A DNA stretch of 64,000 bases from Octopus vulgaris (Eukaryota), in NCBI GenBank assembly GCA_951406725.2, contig OX597823.1:69874001-69938000 (forward strand), written 5' to 3'. This document shows positions 53,341-64,000 of this stretch, one piece after another. The position numbers and the translations under genes were made by a program. The notes below the pieces were generated by a model that was given only the letters and a program-made list of their open reading frames with translations, did no database searches and was not told where the DNA came from. Numbering within the stretch: position 1 is the stretch's first letter; the number at the start of each line of letters is the position of its first letter.

Positions 53341-53854
53341 GTTTTATTCCTTGAACTGGCGGTACGTTTTATCCTTGAGCGTGGCACATTGCTTCGCATG
53401 ACTGGAGTTTACTGGCTGAAGATTAGTTATTACTTGGTGGCTATTGCACATTTCTCTCCTTCCATGCCTCGCATCTTGGATGTTCCGCTGGATCAAAGGA
53501 TAAGAGAGTTGAGAATGTGTCTGTCTTCTCACAGCTACAAAGACGTCTAAAACAATTAACGAAGGCATGATATATGTTACTGAGTCAAACTCGTGCGCGG
53601 GTGACGGCTGGCTATCTTTCAGACATATAGGTAAGAGAGGTAAAAGGATTTTATTGATACAAGAACATGATCGGTATCTTTTCATTGTCCCCAGTAAGAT
53701 GTAAAATTTGAACTCAGAATGTAAAAAGATTGAACATTAATGCTGCAAGGAATTATCAACTGATGACTCTCTATTAAATGCATTCATAAAAATAACTTCC
53801 GTCATTAATATTTTCTTAATAATAATAATCATTATTATTAGAAATTATTATGAA

Positions 53855-54550
53855 GATGGTGAGCTGGCAGAATCGTTTGCTGTGCATTTCTTCTCTTAAT
53901 GTTCTGAGTTCAAATACCACCGGGATTGATTTTGCCTGTCATCCTTTCGGGGTCGATAAAATAAGTACCAGTTGAGCACTGGGGTTCAATGTAATCGACT
54001 TAACTCCTGTCCCGAAACTGCTGGCCTTGTACCAAAATTTGAAACCATGCTTAGATTATCAAAATGAAGAATCCATGTAATTACACAGATATTAAACATT
54101 TGAAAATAGGTGGTAGATTGGCTGGATTGTGTGGGCGCTGGACTAAAATGCCTTACGGCATTTAATAACGATCATTTTATGCTTTGAATTTATATTCTGC
54201 TGAGGTCATCTTTGCGCTTTGATAAAATAAGCTACCTATTTCTTTATTACCCACAAGGGGCTAAACACAGAGAGGACAAACAAGGACAGACAAACGGATT
54301 AAGTCGATTATATCGACTCCAGTGCGTAACTGGTACTTATTTAATCGACCCCGAAAGGATGAAAGGCAAAGTCGACCTCGACGGAATTTGAACTCAGAAC
54401 GTAACGGTAGACGAAATACGGTTACGCATATCGTCCGGCGTGCTAACGTTTCTGCCAACTCGTCGCCCTATGAAATAAGCTACCAGTCAGATACGGTCAT
54501 CGATATAACTGACTGCAACCCCTTCTAAAATTTGGGTCCTAGTGTCGGTA
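53855..54550. mobile_element. SINE family A cluster: plus copy 53855-54047, young minus copy ~54237-54470 nested in an older plus copy
   Basis: TSD aaataagctacc on both sides of the nested copy. Confidence 0.85.
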
Positions 54551-55097
54551 TATGAAAATAAGAGAAAACATCTTGTACATTTGTTATATACAATTGTTAT
54601 ATACACTCTCTCTCCCTCACACACACACACTCTTTTCCCCTTCTCTAGCTTGTGATTTAAGGTCAAACTTTCCTCACTGCGAGCATAATCATATTTACAG
54701 AGCTTAAATTTGTTGATTCATAAAGTACACAGCAGGATACGAGGAAAATTGCTTCAGTCTGCTCCGACAATTAGTGAGTATAAACAATTTAAAAGGGAAA
54801 TAATTAAGTTTACCGTCACGAAAAATGAATGTCTTAAAGTAAACCAATTTATTCCTGTTTTGTTCTACCGATTCATAGACGGCAGATATTTACTGTTCTT
54901 TTAACACGCAAACGTCAGGCCATTGACTCTATTTACACATATCTACTTAACGTACCCATACTAAATTGATGAGTATATGTCTCGGCTATGATAAAGTTAA
55001 ATAATGTGATTCTGATAATAACCATTGCTAACGAGCTTTCTGTTTATCATTATGTCCACCATACAACTTCTCTCAAGACAGCATTCATTACCACAGT

Positions 55098-55428
55098 GGA
55101 AAGAAGGGAAGATTCCCTTCGCACATGAATGACCATGGGCTTGCATCTAGAAAATTACCCTCCGGGCAAAGTTGTTTATGGAAGACCAGCAGTCCCCCAT
55201 GAATACCAGCCTTCCCACTCCATGCTACCAATGTTATCCAAAGGAAAGGTAAAAGCCGATGTAGTTTGGCACCAGTGACGTCGCAACTCATTTCTACAAC
55301 TGAGTGAACTGGAGCAACGTGAAATAAAGTGATCTTGCTCAATAACACAACACACACAGCCCAGTCCAGGAATCGAAGTCACTACCTCTTCATTGTGAGC
55401 CCAACGCTCTAACCACTGAGCCACTGTG
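55098..55428 (-). mobile_element. SINE family D
   Basis: TSD cattaccacagt; homologous to 22673-22997. Confidence 0.87.
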
Positions 55429-55499
55429 CATTACCACAGTAGTTCACATTCATTTGAATCCATCTGAAACTTACTCCTTACTTGTATTTGCCAGCCCTC

Positions 55500-56810
55500 G
55501 GTAGGCAATGTGGTGGCTAGCTGTTTCTGATATAAGTACCAGGCTAGAAATTTATAGGGAAAGGTACTTCACTGGTTGAAAGACAGAGATGGCTTCAGTG
55601 AGATTCAAACTCGGAATATAAGGCACTAGAACAAATACTGCTCGTCATTTTTCCGGAGCTCTAACGATTCAGCTAATTCACCGGCCTTATTCAGACTCAG
55701 GAATAGCAATTTTTAGACGATAACATTTAACAGATGTCATAGACCTCGTTACTTGACTGGTACTTTATTTTATCGACCCCGAAAAATGAAATGTAAAGTT
55801 AACCTCAGTGGCATTTGAACACGAACTGTAAAGAGCCGAAACAAATAGCGGAAGACATTTTCCCGACGTTTTAACGAATCTGCCAATCCTATGTCCGCTC
55901 ATCAAATATTATAACACAGTAGTATTAACCTTATCCGACAACAATAATCTTCCAATAAGGTATGGCGTGAAATATTTCAGACATTAACCTTCTGTATCAG
56001 ACTAAATTTGAATTGCGAATTGCAAGCAATGAGAATTTAATGAGTACATCAGTATAATCATTCAATCTACTAAAAATAAATAACAGTTAAATCTCTCTCA
56101 AATTCCAATTCACTGTCTTCCAAAAAGGAGATAATATAGTGCGGGATATTTAGTACAGAAAAAAAAAGCCACTGGCTGATCACAGCTGACCTGGAGTTAA
56201 ACAATGTCAATAACATATTCTGATGTTCATCTATACGTTTTGTAATACTTTAGTCACATTTATAATGAATATTTATTGTCAATACTGAATAACTCTCATG
56301 ACATTTTTTTAAATAATTTTTTCATCATTTTTTACGCAAGACCAGCAATCTTCAGGGGAAGGACAAGTCGATTACATCGTCCCTAGTACTTCACTAGTAC
56401 TTTGTTTTATCTGATAAAAAGGTGAAAGGCAATGTTGGCCTTGGTGGGATTTGAAATCAGAACGTAAAGAGCCGGACTACTCGTAAATGCCGCTAACCAT
56501 TTTATCCGATACGTTAATGATATTGCCATCACACCGTCTTACATATTCTTCTGACTAACAGTTTTAAAGTTTGGCATAAGTCGATTACATCGATCCAAGA
56601 GCACAAGGATGAAAGGCAAAGTCAACTTCGGCTGAATTTGAACTCGGAACGTAAAGACGGATGAAATGTCGTTAAATATTTTGTTCGGCGTGCTCACGGT
56701 TCTGCTAACTTGCCACCTTTCTATTTTTTAATAATCCTTTCAACTTGAAGGCATAATGCCTGAAATTTGTGGAGAGGGGGTCTAGTTGATTATATCGACC
56801 CCAGTGCTGG
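55500..56810 (-). mobile_element. Several old SINE family A fragments (55500-55890, 56330-56810)
   Basis: Repeated atcgaccccgaaa...tgaaa..caaagt..acctc...atttgaactc cores. Confidence 0.65.
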
Positions 56811-56949
56811 TCCTTATTGAATATTAATACTCAGCCACTTCCACTATAACCAGCACAAGATCCAATCCCTGCCGCGATGTGATAGTGACTTGCGTGCTTC
56901 AATGACCCGAGGAGCTATGTTGAGAAGATCAAAGGTTAAGGTCCAGACT

Positions 56950-57222
56950 AACCTCTAGCCAGAGATAAAAATTGCTTTGCTGTGGGGCAAGCACGTTTTT
57001 TTTTAGAATAAAAGCAAAGCCACAGAAGCTTTGATGACAATACAAAAACCAACAAGACGTGGAAAAGAAAAGCCTTCCATCAGAGAAAGCAGGATACCAA
57101 AACAGGCTGAAAAAGCAGGGATCCAAATGGAAAGAAGCAGAAACTACAAGCCAGAATGGAGAAAAGCGGAGAAATGTTGCCGATGGCCTATATTCCATCG
57201 GGAGCAAAGGACTGAAGAAGGA
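56950..57222 (+). mobile_element. RTE/RTE-X-like LINE 3' terminal remnant
   Basis: WKEAETTSQNGEKRRNVADGLYSIGSKG resembles the W...AQDR..WR..V.ALC C-terminus of RTE-X ORFs. Confidence 0.45.
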
Positions 57223-57814
57223 GACTTACACTATAACTCAATGAGTAGGCAGCTCACTTGTTCGACCAACTACAAAACTCCTCTTCGAAACCGGCGCAGA
57301 TTCATATATCTTGCTTTACCAAACTTACAAGTCGAAACTCCTTTCGGTGTTGAAACGCTATGATTAAACTTTACGGATATTTAAAATTGCTCTTATGTGA
57401 ACAACTGCATAACTCTGTCTTCTTTTTTCCATCTACACTTTAGATTTAGTAGGCAATGAATTCAGACGATGTCTTAGAATTGCTGTGTCTAAAACAGCAT
57501 TTGGTTTGATAAACGGAAAAAAAAATTGCCGCGAATATTGGATTGCTCAGTGAGAAACTAGATAAATTGACAAATAGACAAGCTGTAACCAGTTAATGGG
57601 AGCTTTTTTATGGTGAATTCGCTCCTACACAAAGACAAAGAGTATTCAATAATCTTAGTACAATAATTTCAGATGCTAGTGAAGGAGACCGTGAGATAAA
57701 TTATTAAAACAGCCACGATTATTTCCCTATAAACTATGCTTTAATGGTTGGAAATGTTAAAATCGTGTATTAGAAATAAATATGTTGAGTTCGATCCCAG
57801 ACAAGGGCTGTGTG

Positions 57815-58200
57815 TACAGGGTGTTTGAGCTAAATTTGACAGTTGGCTTAAAAGGAAAAAAAACACAATATTCCATTCAAAAATGGAAGTATTTTACAAA
57901 ATCAAAAATATCAATTAGATTATGGCTTCTTGCATTTAACAGTTTACTCGAAGTAGTTGCTCTCAGCTTCTATCACAGCCTCAAGACAGCTCTCAAACCT
58001 GGCGCATGCTTCCTCATTGTGTCTGTGGGAAGAACTTCCAACACCCCTGATTTTGGTCACCAGTTCGGCCTTGCTGTTAGAAGTAGAGCAGCTGGTGTCT
58101 TTCTCAACCGCACCTCACACATAGTAATCCATGGGATTACAATTGGAGCAATTAGGATGGTAAAGTTGTAGAAATACTCCAACAACCACTTCTGACACTT
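57815..58200 (-). mobile_element. Tc1/mariner-superfamily 3' remnant
   Basis: tacagggtgt TIR start; minus strand PNCSNCNPMDYYV*GAVEK (SPDxNPxDY.xW motif). Confidence 0.7.
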
Positions 58201-58224
58201 TCCGGTGGTATGGATAGATGGAGT

Positions 58225-58272
<48 letters not shown>

Positions 58273-59615
58273 CTAAGTTATATCCATATATTACTTTAAC
58301 ATGTATTCAGTTTCTTGGCATTGAAAATACCTTTCGTGGTTAATGGGAAATCTCTATGAATCGTACCTTCTTATCTTAAAGAATACACAGGAATTCGTAG
58401 CCCCTTAAAAACTAGTTTTAATGAAAAATTCGATGGTTTAGCCTCCACTATCTCAGCTGTTCTGAAGCTAAGCAAGAACAAACACATATTTAACTGGTCT
58501 CGGGTACTCTATCTCATCTTATCAGTTGTAGCACTCTGCTATTACTATCATAGATACATTCATACATTAATTGTTCCAAGAATTTTATAGAACAGTGGTG
58601 GTGGCAATCGATCGGGAAAACGTTTTCGTTTGTTTTTTTTCTTCCTTTAGTTACGGGGCAGGATTTGAGCGTACAAAGCACAGAACTGTAACAGATACCG
58701 CATAGCATCCCATCCAATCCCTTAATAATTCTACCTGTTCACCGCTCTGGTGTGGTATTTCTTAATTGACCCTTAAAGGATGAAAAACAAAGTTGAATTC
58801 AGTGTAAGTTGAACTCGGGATGAATGGAGTCGAACAAATGCTACACCATATTCTATCCAATATTCTAAGTTCTCTACTGCTACTTCTCTGCTTATAACAA
58901 TAGTATGTCCAAATATATGAGCAGAGAACAGCTATATTTTGCTATGCAGTTTACGATTCAAACATGTTGGGCTATCATGATAAATGGCATGATAATAATC
59001 ATATTCCAATGCAAATTTGGACAGATTGTTTTAAACTAAGAACTTCCGGATTCAAAACGCTATAATATCATAATTATTAATCTATTCTTTACGCGTGGTT
59101 TTATTTTCCTAACAATAAAAACAAAGAGCATGTTTTCTTTTCCATTTACATCCATTATTCATCATGCTGAAATAATTATTTTTACAGCCAGATTCTCTGT
59201 CTATCGCTAACCACTCATACTTTGAACTAAAAATGGAACAGGTTTTTGTCAGGTCAGACAAACTGAAATAAAAAGAATTATGATTAAATGATGGGCCTAT
59301 TTTTTCTGCTTTTTTTTTCTTTCGGGTATTTGACCATAATTTTGTTTATCTTTGTTTTTCCCAACCTGTCAAAAGCCAGTTCTTTTATTCTTTCATTTGA
59401 ATGTTGTGATAAACAGGATATCTGGATGTAGAATTTAAAAAATATACTTGGTTATATGAATATATAAAAGAAAAGAAAAAAATATAAGTTCAATAGTTCA
59501 AATATCGAGGAATGAAGCAGTCGGTCACACCAACCACAATAAAAAGGATGAAAAGCGAAATTGACCTCGTTGGAATTCGAACTCAAAATATATATATATA
59601 GGGCCGCAAGTAAAT

Positions 59616-60219
59616 ACCTATTTCTTTACTACCCACAAGGAGCTAAACACAGAGGAGACAAACAAGGACAGACAAACAGATTAAGTCGATTACATCGATC
59701 CCAGTGCGTAACTGGTACTTAATTTATCGATCCCGAAAGGATGAAAGGCAAAGTCGACCTCGGCGGAATTTGAACTCAGAAGGTAACGGCAGACTAAATA
59801 CCTATTTCTTTACTGCCCACAAAGGGCTAAACACAGAGGGGGAAAACAAGGACAGACAAACGGATTAAGTCGATTACATCGACCCCAGTGCGTAACTGGT
59901 ACTTAATTTATCGACCCCGAAAGGATGAAAGGCAAAGTCGACCTCAGCGGAATTTGAACTCAGAAGGTAACGGCAGACTAAATACCTATTTCTTTACTAC
60001 CCACAAAGGGCTAAACACAGAGGGGGAAAACAAGGACAGACAAACGGATTAAGTCGATTACATCGACCCCAGTGCGTAACTGGTACTTAATTTATCGACC
60101 CCGAAAGGATGAAAGGCAAAGTCGACCTCAGCGGAATTTGAACTCAGAACGTAATGGCAGACGAAATACGGTTACGCATTTCGCCCGGCGTGCTAACGTT
60201 TCTGCCAGCTCGCCGCCTT
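59616..60219 (-). mobile_element. Young SINE family A trimer (~185 bp units)
   Basis: Near-identical units starting near 59612, 59797 and 59981; TSD ccgcaagtaaat at 59604-59615 and 60220-60231. Confidence 0.92.
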
Positions 60220-61150
60220 CCGCAAGTAAATCCTACAGAGAGTTTTATTTGTTGCTCTGCCCATTCTGTCAATGGTTACTAATAGACATAAACATAATTA
60301 TTCCTTCGCTTGCCCGGAGGTACATAACACAGAATCTTAGAGAAGATGTGAATTGAAAGCACAAAGCGAAAACTGCAGCATCGTAAATCCATAGTCACAA
60401 TACTATAAACAAACTGAATTATTGTAAGGCAACTAATTTTTAGACGACAATGTTATAAAGTCTATCTCTCCAACAAATATAAGTATTTGGTTAATTAGAT
60501 AAACTTATAAGTGTAATCAGTTATAAATTGAAAACTCTAAGACACGTTGATTGCTTTCACCAAAGATTCTACTAATTAAATATAAATATTATCTAAAATG
60601 GTTGTTCATGACTGTAAAGTTTACTTGTGAAACATCATTTTACCCGAATGACCATAGTTACACATATATGAATTCTTATATTAACTGAGACCGTAATATA
60701 AATGGATTTGAACGACGTTATTAAATCAAGTATGAACATTTTGCAAATTACCTTCAATATAAATATTTGTATGAATACATCAAGATGGTGTTTTGTCGTA
60801 TAAAGTATTTGAGATGCTAGAAACAAGGAAACAGTTTCAGTTGAGTGACCAAATCCGTGTTGCTTTTGTCGGGTGCCCTTCGTTACTGATACAACTACTG
60901 ATGCTGATGTTCCTTCTAAGTTTAGGTGTTTCGACATATTCTTCAAACACTCTAGGTTGCCACCTTAATATGAGAGTCATGATGAATAGAAAGCAAACTA
61001 AATTACAGGTACCGTACATCCACTTTAGCTTTGGGGAACTGGAAGAGTTTTAGTCTTATCATTTTTAGCTTCTATTGAAATAAGTCGTTTACTGCAAGGA
61101 TTTGTCTGCTGAAGGTTTTGAATTTCAGAATCACATATTTGTTAAACATA

Positions 61151-61460
61151 AAACGATAAATGTGGCCCTTTTCAAGCCTAACCGGGCTCATGGGCGCGGT
61201 TTCCCGGTTTCTGTGGCGTATGTGTTCCCCCCAGCTGGATGGGGCGCTTGTCCATCGCAGCGTTACTCAAGAAACAAGAAGAGAGAAAGTTGTGACGAAA
61301 GAGTACAACAGGAGTCACCACCACCCCCTGCCGGAGCCTCGTGGAGCTTTTAGGTGTTTTCGCTCAATAAACACACACAACGCCCAGTTTGGGAATCGAA
61401 ACCGCAATCCTCCGACCGCGAGTCCGCTACCCTAACCACTGGGCCATTGCGCCTCCAGCC
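61151..61460 (-). mobile_element. SINE family C, tail type 3 (V-SINE-like 3' domain)
   Basis: Same head as 9504-9883; tail ctgcgatggacaagcgccccatccag...cagaaaccggg...atgagcc; TSD ttgttaaacata at 61139-61150 and 61461-61472. Confidence 0.88.
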
Positions 61461-61586
61461 TTGTTAAACATACATGAACAATAATGTCCCTACCGTCACC
61501 ACAATCTACATCGAGATGATGTTACCTACATATCTAGTTATCATGAATTATTGATGTTACTAAAACTACTTTTTTTTCTTTCATAG

Positions 61587-62320
61587 CTCTTGTTTCTACA
61601 ACTGATGATGAGGAAGAAGATCAGGAGAAGGCTGTTTAATAGCGTAAATGTTGTCGAGTTACTAAAACCATTTCATAATACGGAGGAGGACGTTAAATCT
61701 CTTGGAAGTAATCGCGTATCTTTACTTACAGATATTTTCTCCGAGCGGAAAACCACAGATGGTTGAGTAAAGAGTATCTATCTTTCTTGATTATGTTTCA
61801 GTTTAACTGGAATTAGCCTATCCTCTGTTAATCCTCAGCTACTATGATGATCTTTTGCTACAACACGGCCAAATTAAATGCATACATGTAAACATCTGAC
61901 CTTCATTAAGGAAAAAATAAATCTAAAAAGTTTCATTAGTGATTCCCAAATGTTTCTGACTGCTGTTTCTTGGATCAAAATTGTATTTCCAGAGTTCTCA
62001 CTGGGGTGGATATATTACATAATGTTATGGAATATAACACCAGGTATCGTTCAGGGGCCCTATAAATCAAATTATTAGAAAGGTATTGGGATTGTGTTAA
62101 CTTAACGGAATGCTTGTCTTCTTATGCAACCCCAGTGCCCTCTCAAAGCAAATATTTGAGAACCTCTAGTTTAGACAGAAACATTAAATCTGGGAATAAT
62201 TCTACTAATCTAAAAACAATCTGTATTATTTACGATCAGATAACTCACACAGCAGCCTTGATGCAATGTGACTATTCAGTTGATCAAGAAGTTAAAACTA
62301 CCGTGAATGCCAATGCATAA
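61587..62320 (+). other. Two candidate exon-like segments of an unidentified, possibly decayed gene (61587-61766; 61993-62320)
   Basis: Acceptor-like tttttttctttcatag then 59 open codons; tttccag then 109 codons with one internal TAA. No homology recognised. Confidence 0.25.
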
Positions 62321-64000
62321 ACATATGACCTTCGCACTCTTTACGTACGATGGTCGACGTTCGAGTATGTTGCCTTGGCACAAAAAAAGGCATCGTGAAA
62401 AGTAATATCTTAAAATTAAATTTAAAATTTTTTAATGGTACAACAATCTGCATCGCAAACAGATAGGACGATAAACTGTAACGAGTTCGTCTACCTCACT
62501 TTAAGTTCTAAAATGATTTATTAGCTTGTTGGTTTACAGTTTTCACTTTCCATATGTGAGGGGGTATACAGCAGACCTATGTAGTTCAACAGTGAAATAA
62601 TTTCTGTCTTCATCGCTGAATCGTTACAGAGTAGAACAAAATGTTTGCTGCGTTTATGCTTAATTATAGACATTTACATTTTAAGTTCAAATACTGCTGA
62701 ACATTACTTGACCTTTCACTATTCCAGTATCGATAAAGTATGATAGCACGAAAACGATTCAAAATTCCTATAAGTATCTTAAGTGTAGATGAAATTATAA
62801 TAGAATAAGGATATTTCCTTTGATAGCTTAACTGAACAAGTCTATCAAATTCTTTTATCATTAAAGGTAATTTACTAAAACAAAATGTTAAATTTATGTT
62901 GTTTATACATTATATCATATTGTTTACGCAGATCTTGTTTATGCACTCTTTGGGTCATTTTTTTTTATGGACGAATATTAAAATGTCTAAAAGTGATGAC
63001 TACAGAATTCCAGAATTTTATTATTTTCTTGATCAAGATTTAATCAGTTTTATTTATTTTCTTTTTTTGCAAGTTATTTCGTTATGTCAATTTTAATAAT
63101 ATAAGCAACCAGCGTAGGAGTATTTAATCAGAGTAACTACAGATCTTTCAAAATTGCCAAGTTTCACTATCACAGAGAAATTAAATAAAAATCTGTACTA
63201 TTATACGTAAATTCCCGGCCATAATTTACATAGTAATTGAACTGTTAAGATTCATACAATTTTTAACGATTATATATTTAAGAATCTACTGTTTTGATTA
63301 GTGTTGGTCCGTCATAATTGATAACTTTTTCTACAACATCGCAATTATATTAGAATGATCTACTTTTATAAAGTGATATCTATCAGAAATGATTATTTAG
63401 ATATCTGTAGACCTTTCATATTTCATCATTTATAATTTTCTTGACTGAGATATGTCAAAAGCTTTTATTTTTGATAACCATTAACGTGTTAGGAATTGCT
63501 GATTTATCATGACCACATTTGTATGCAGGATTTTGGAGCATCAGAAGTCCAGTCAGAATTGCTAATCAATATTACATGAAGCTGCCAGACTTTGCAAATT
63601 TTCTCATTGCGGATATGTCAAAATGTTCGGCTTCAAAGACCGCGTATTCATCTTAGCTTCACAATTTTCATGATCACTGATATTTCAGAAATTTAAAACT
63701 TACAGACAATCAGGCATGCCAGAGTTGATCATTTAGATGACCTCATGTGTATTAGAATATATAATTTTCATGATTGCCAATATGTCACCATATTCAATGT
63801 TGATAACTGACGATATTTTAGGCATGAATTCGTTTTTGTATGAGATCGCTGGATGTGTCAGAATGTTTTATAGTCAAACAGACAGGGTAGACATGATTGA
63901 TAGTTCAGATAACTCTGAACTTGTGAGAATTCTTTTGGCGATTAAAAATATGTCAGAATTTTGAATTCTATTCACCGCTGATCAATCAGAAATGATAATT

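Noticed and set aside
59612-60165. Regularly spaced repeats as a CRISPR-like array
   Set aside because: Units are contiguous SINE monomers without unique spacers; eukaryotic context, no cas genes.

Overview
AT-rich, microsatellite-dense eukaryotic DNA. The SINE families look like those I associate with octopus (coleoid cephalopod) genomes; this is inference from recall, not a search. No intact host protein-coding gene is recognisable, and most ORFs in the track are artefacts of (CA)n, (TA)n, (TATG)n and (CAT)n repeats. The window is a patchwork of retroelement pieces (R4/Dong-like RLE LINEs, Tx1, CR1, RTE, Penelope-like elements), two Tc1/mariner remnants, four tRNA-derived SINE families (my labels A-D, many with clear TSDs) and a frameshifted GNB1L-like copy. 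Most interesting signals: (1) short (TA)n-embedded elements carrying minimal type-I hammerhead ribozymes, one fully canonical (24625-24668, minus) plus several variant-core relatives and long palindromes built from similar sequence; (2) three SINE-LINE shared 3' tails visible in one window, including a SINE tail matching a Tx1-clade LINE; (3) LINEs sitting specifically in (GATA)n (Tx1) and (CATA)n (R4-like) microsatellites. All alignments, folds and counts were done by eye; boundaries are approximate unless a TSD is quoted.
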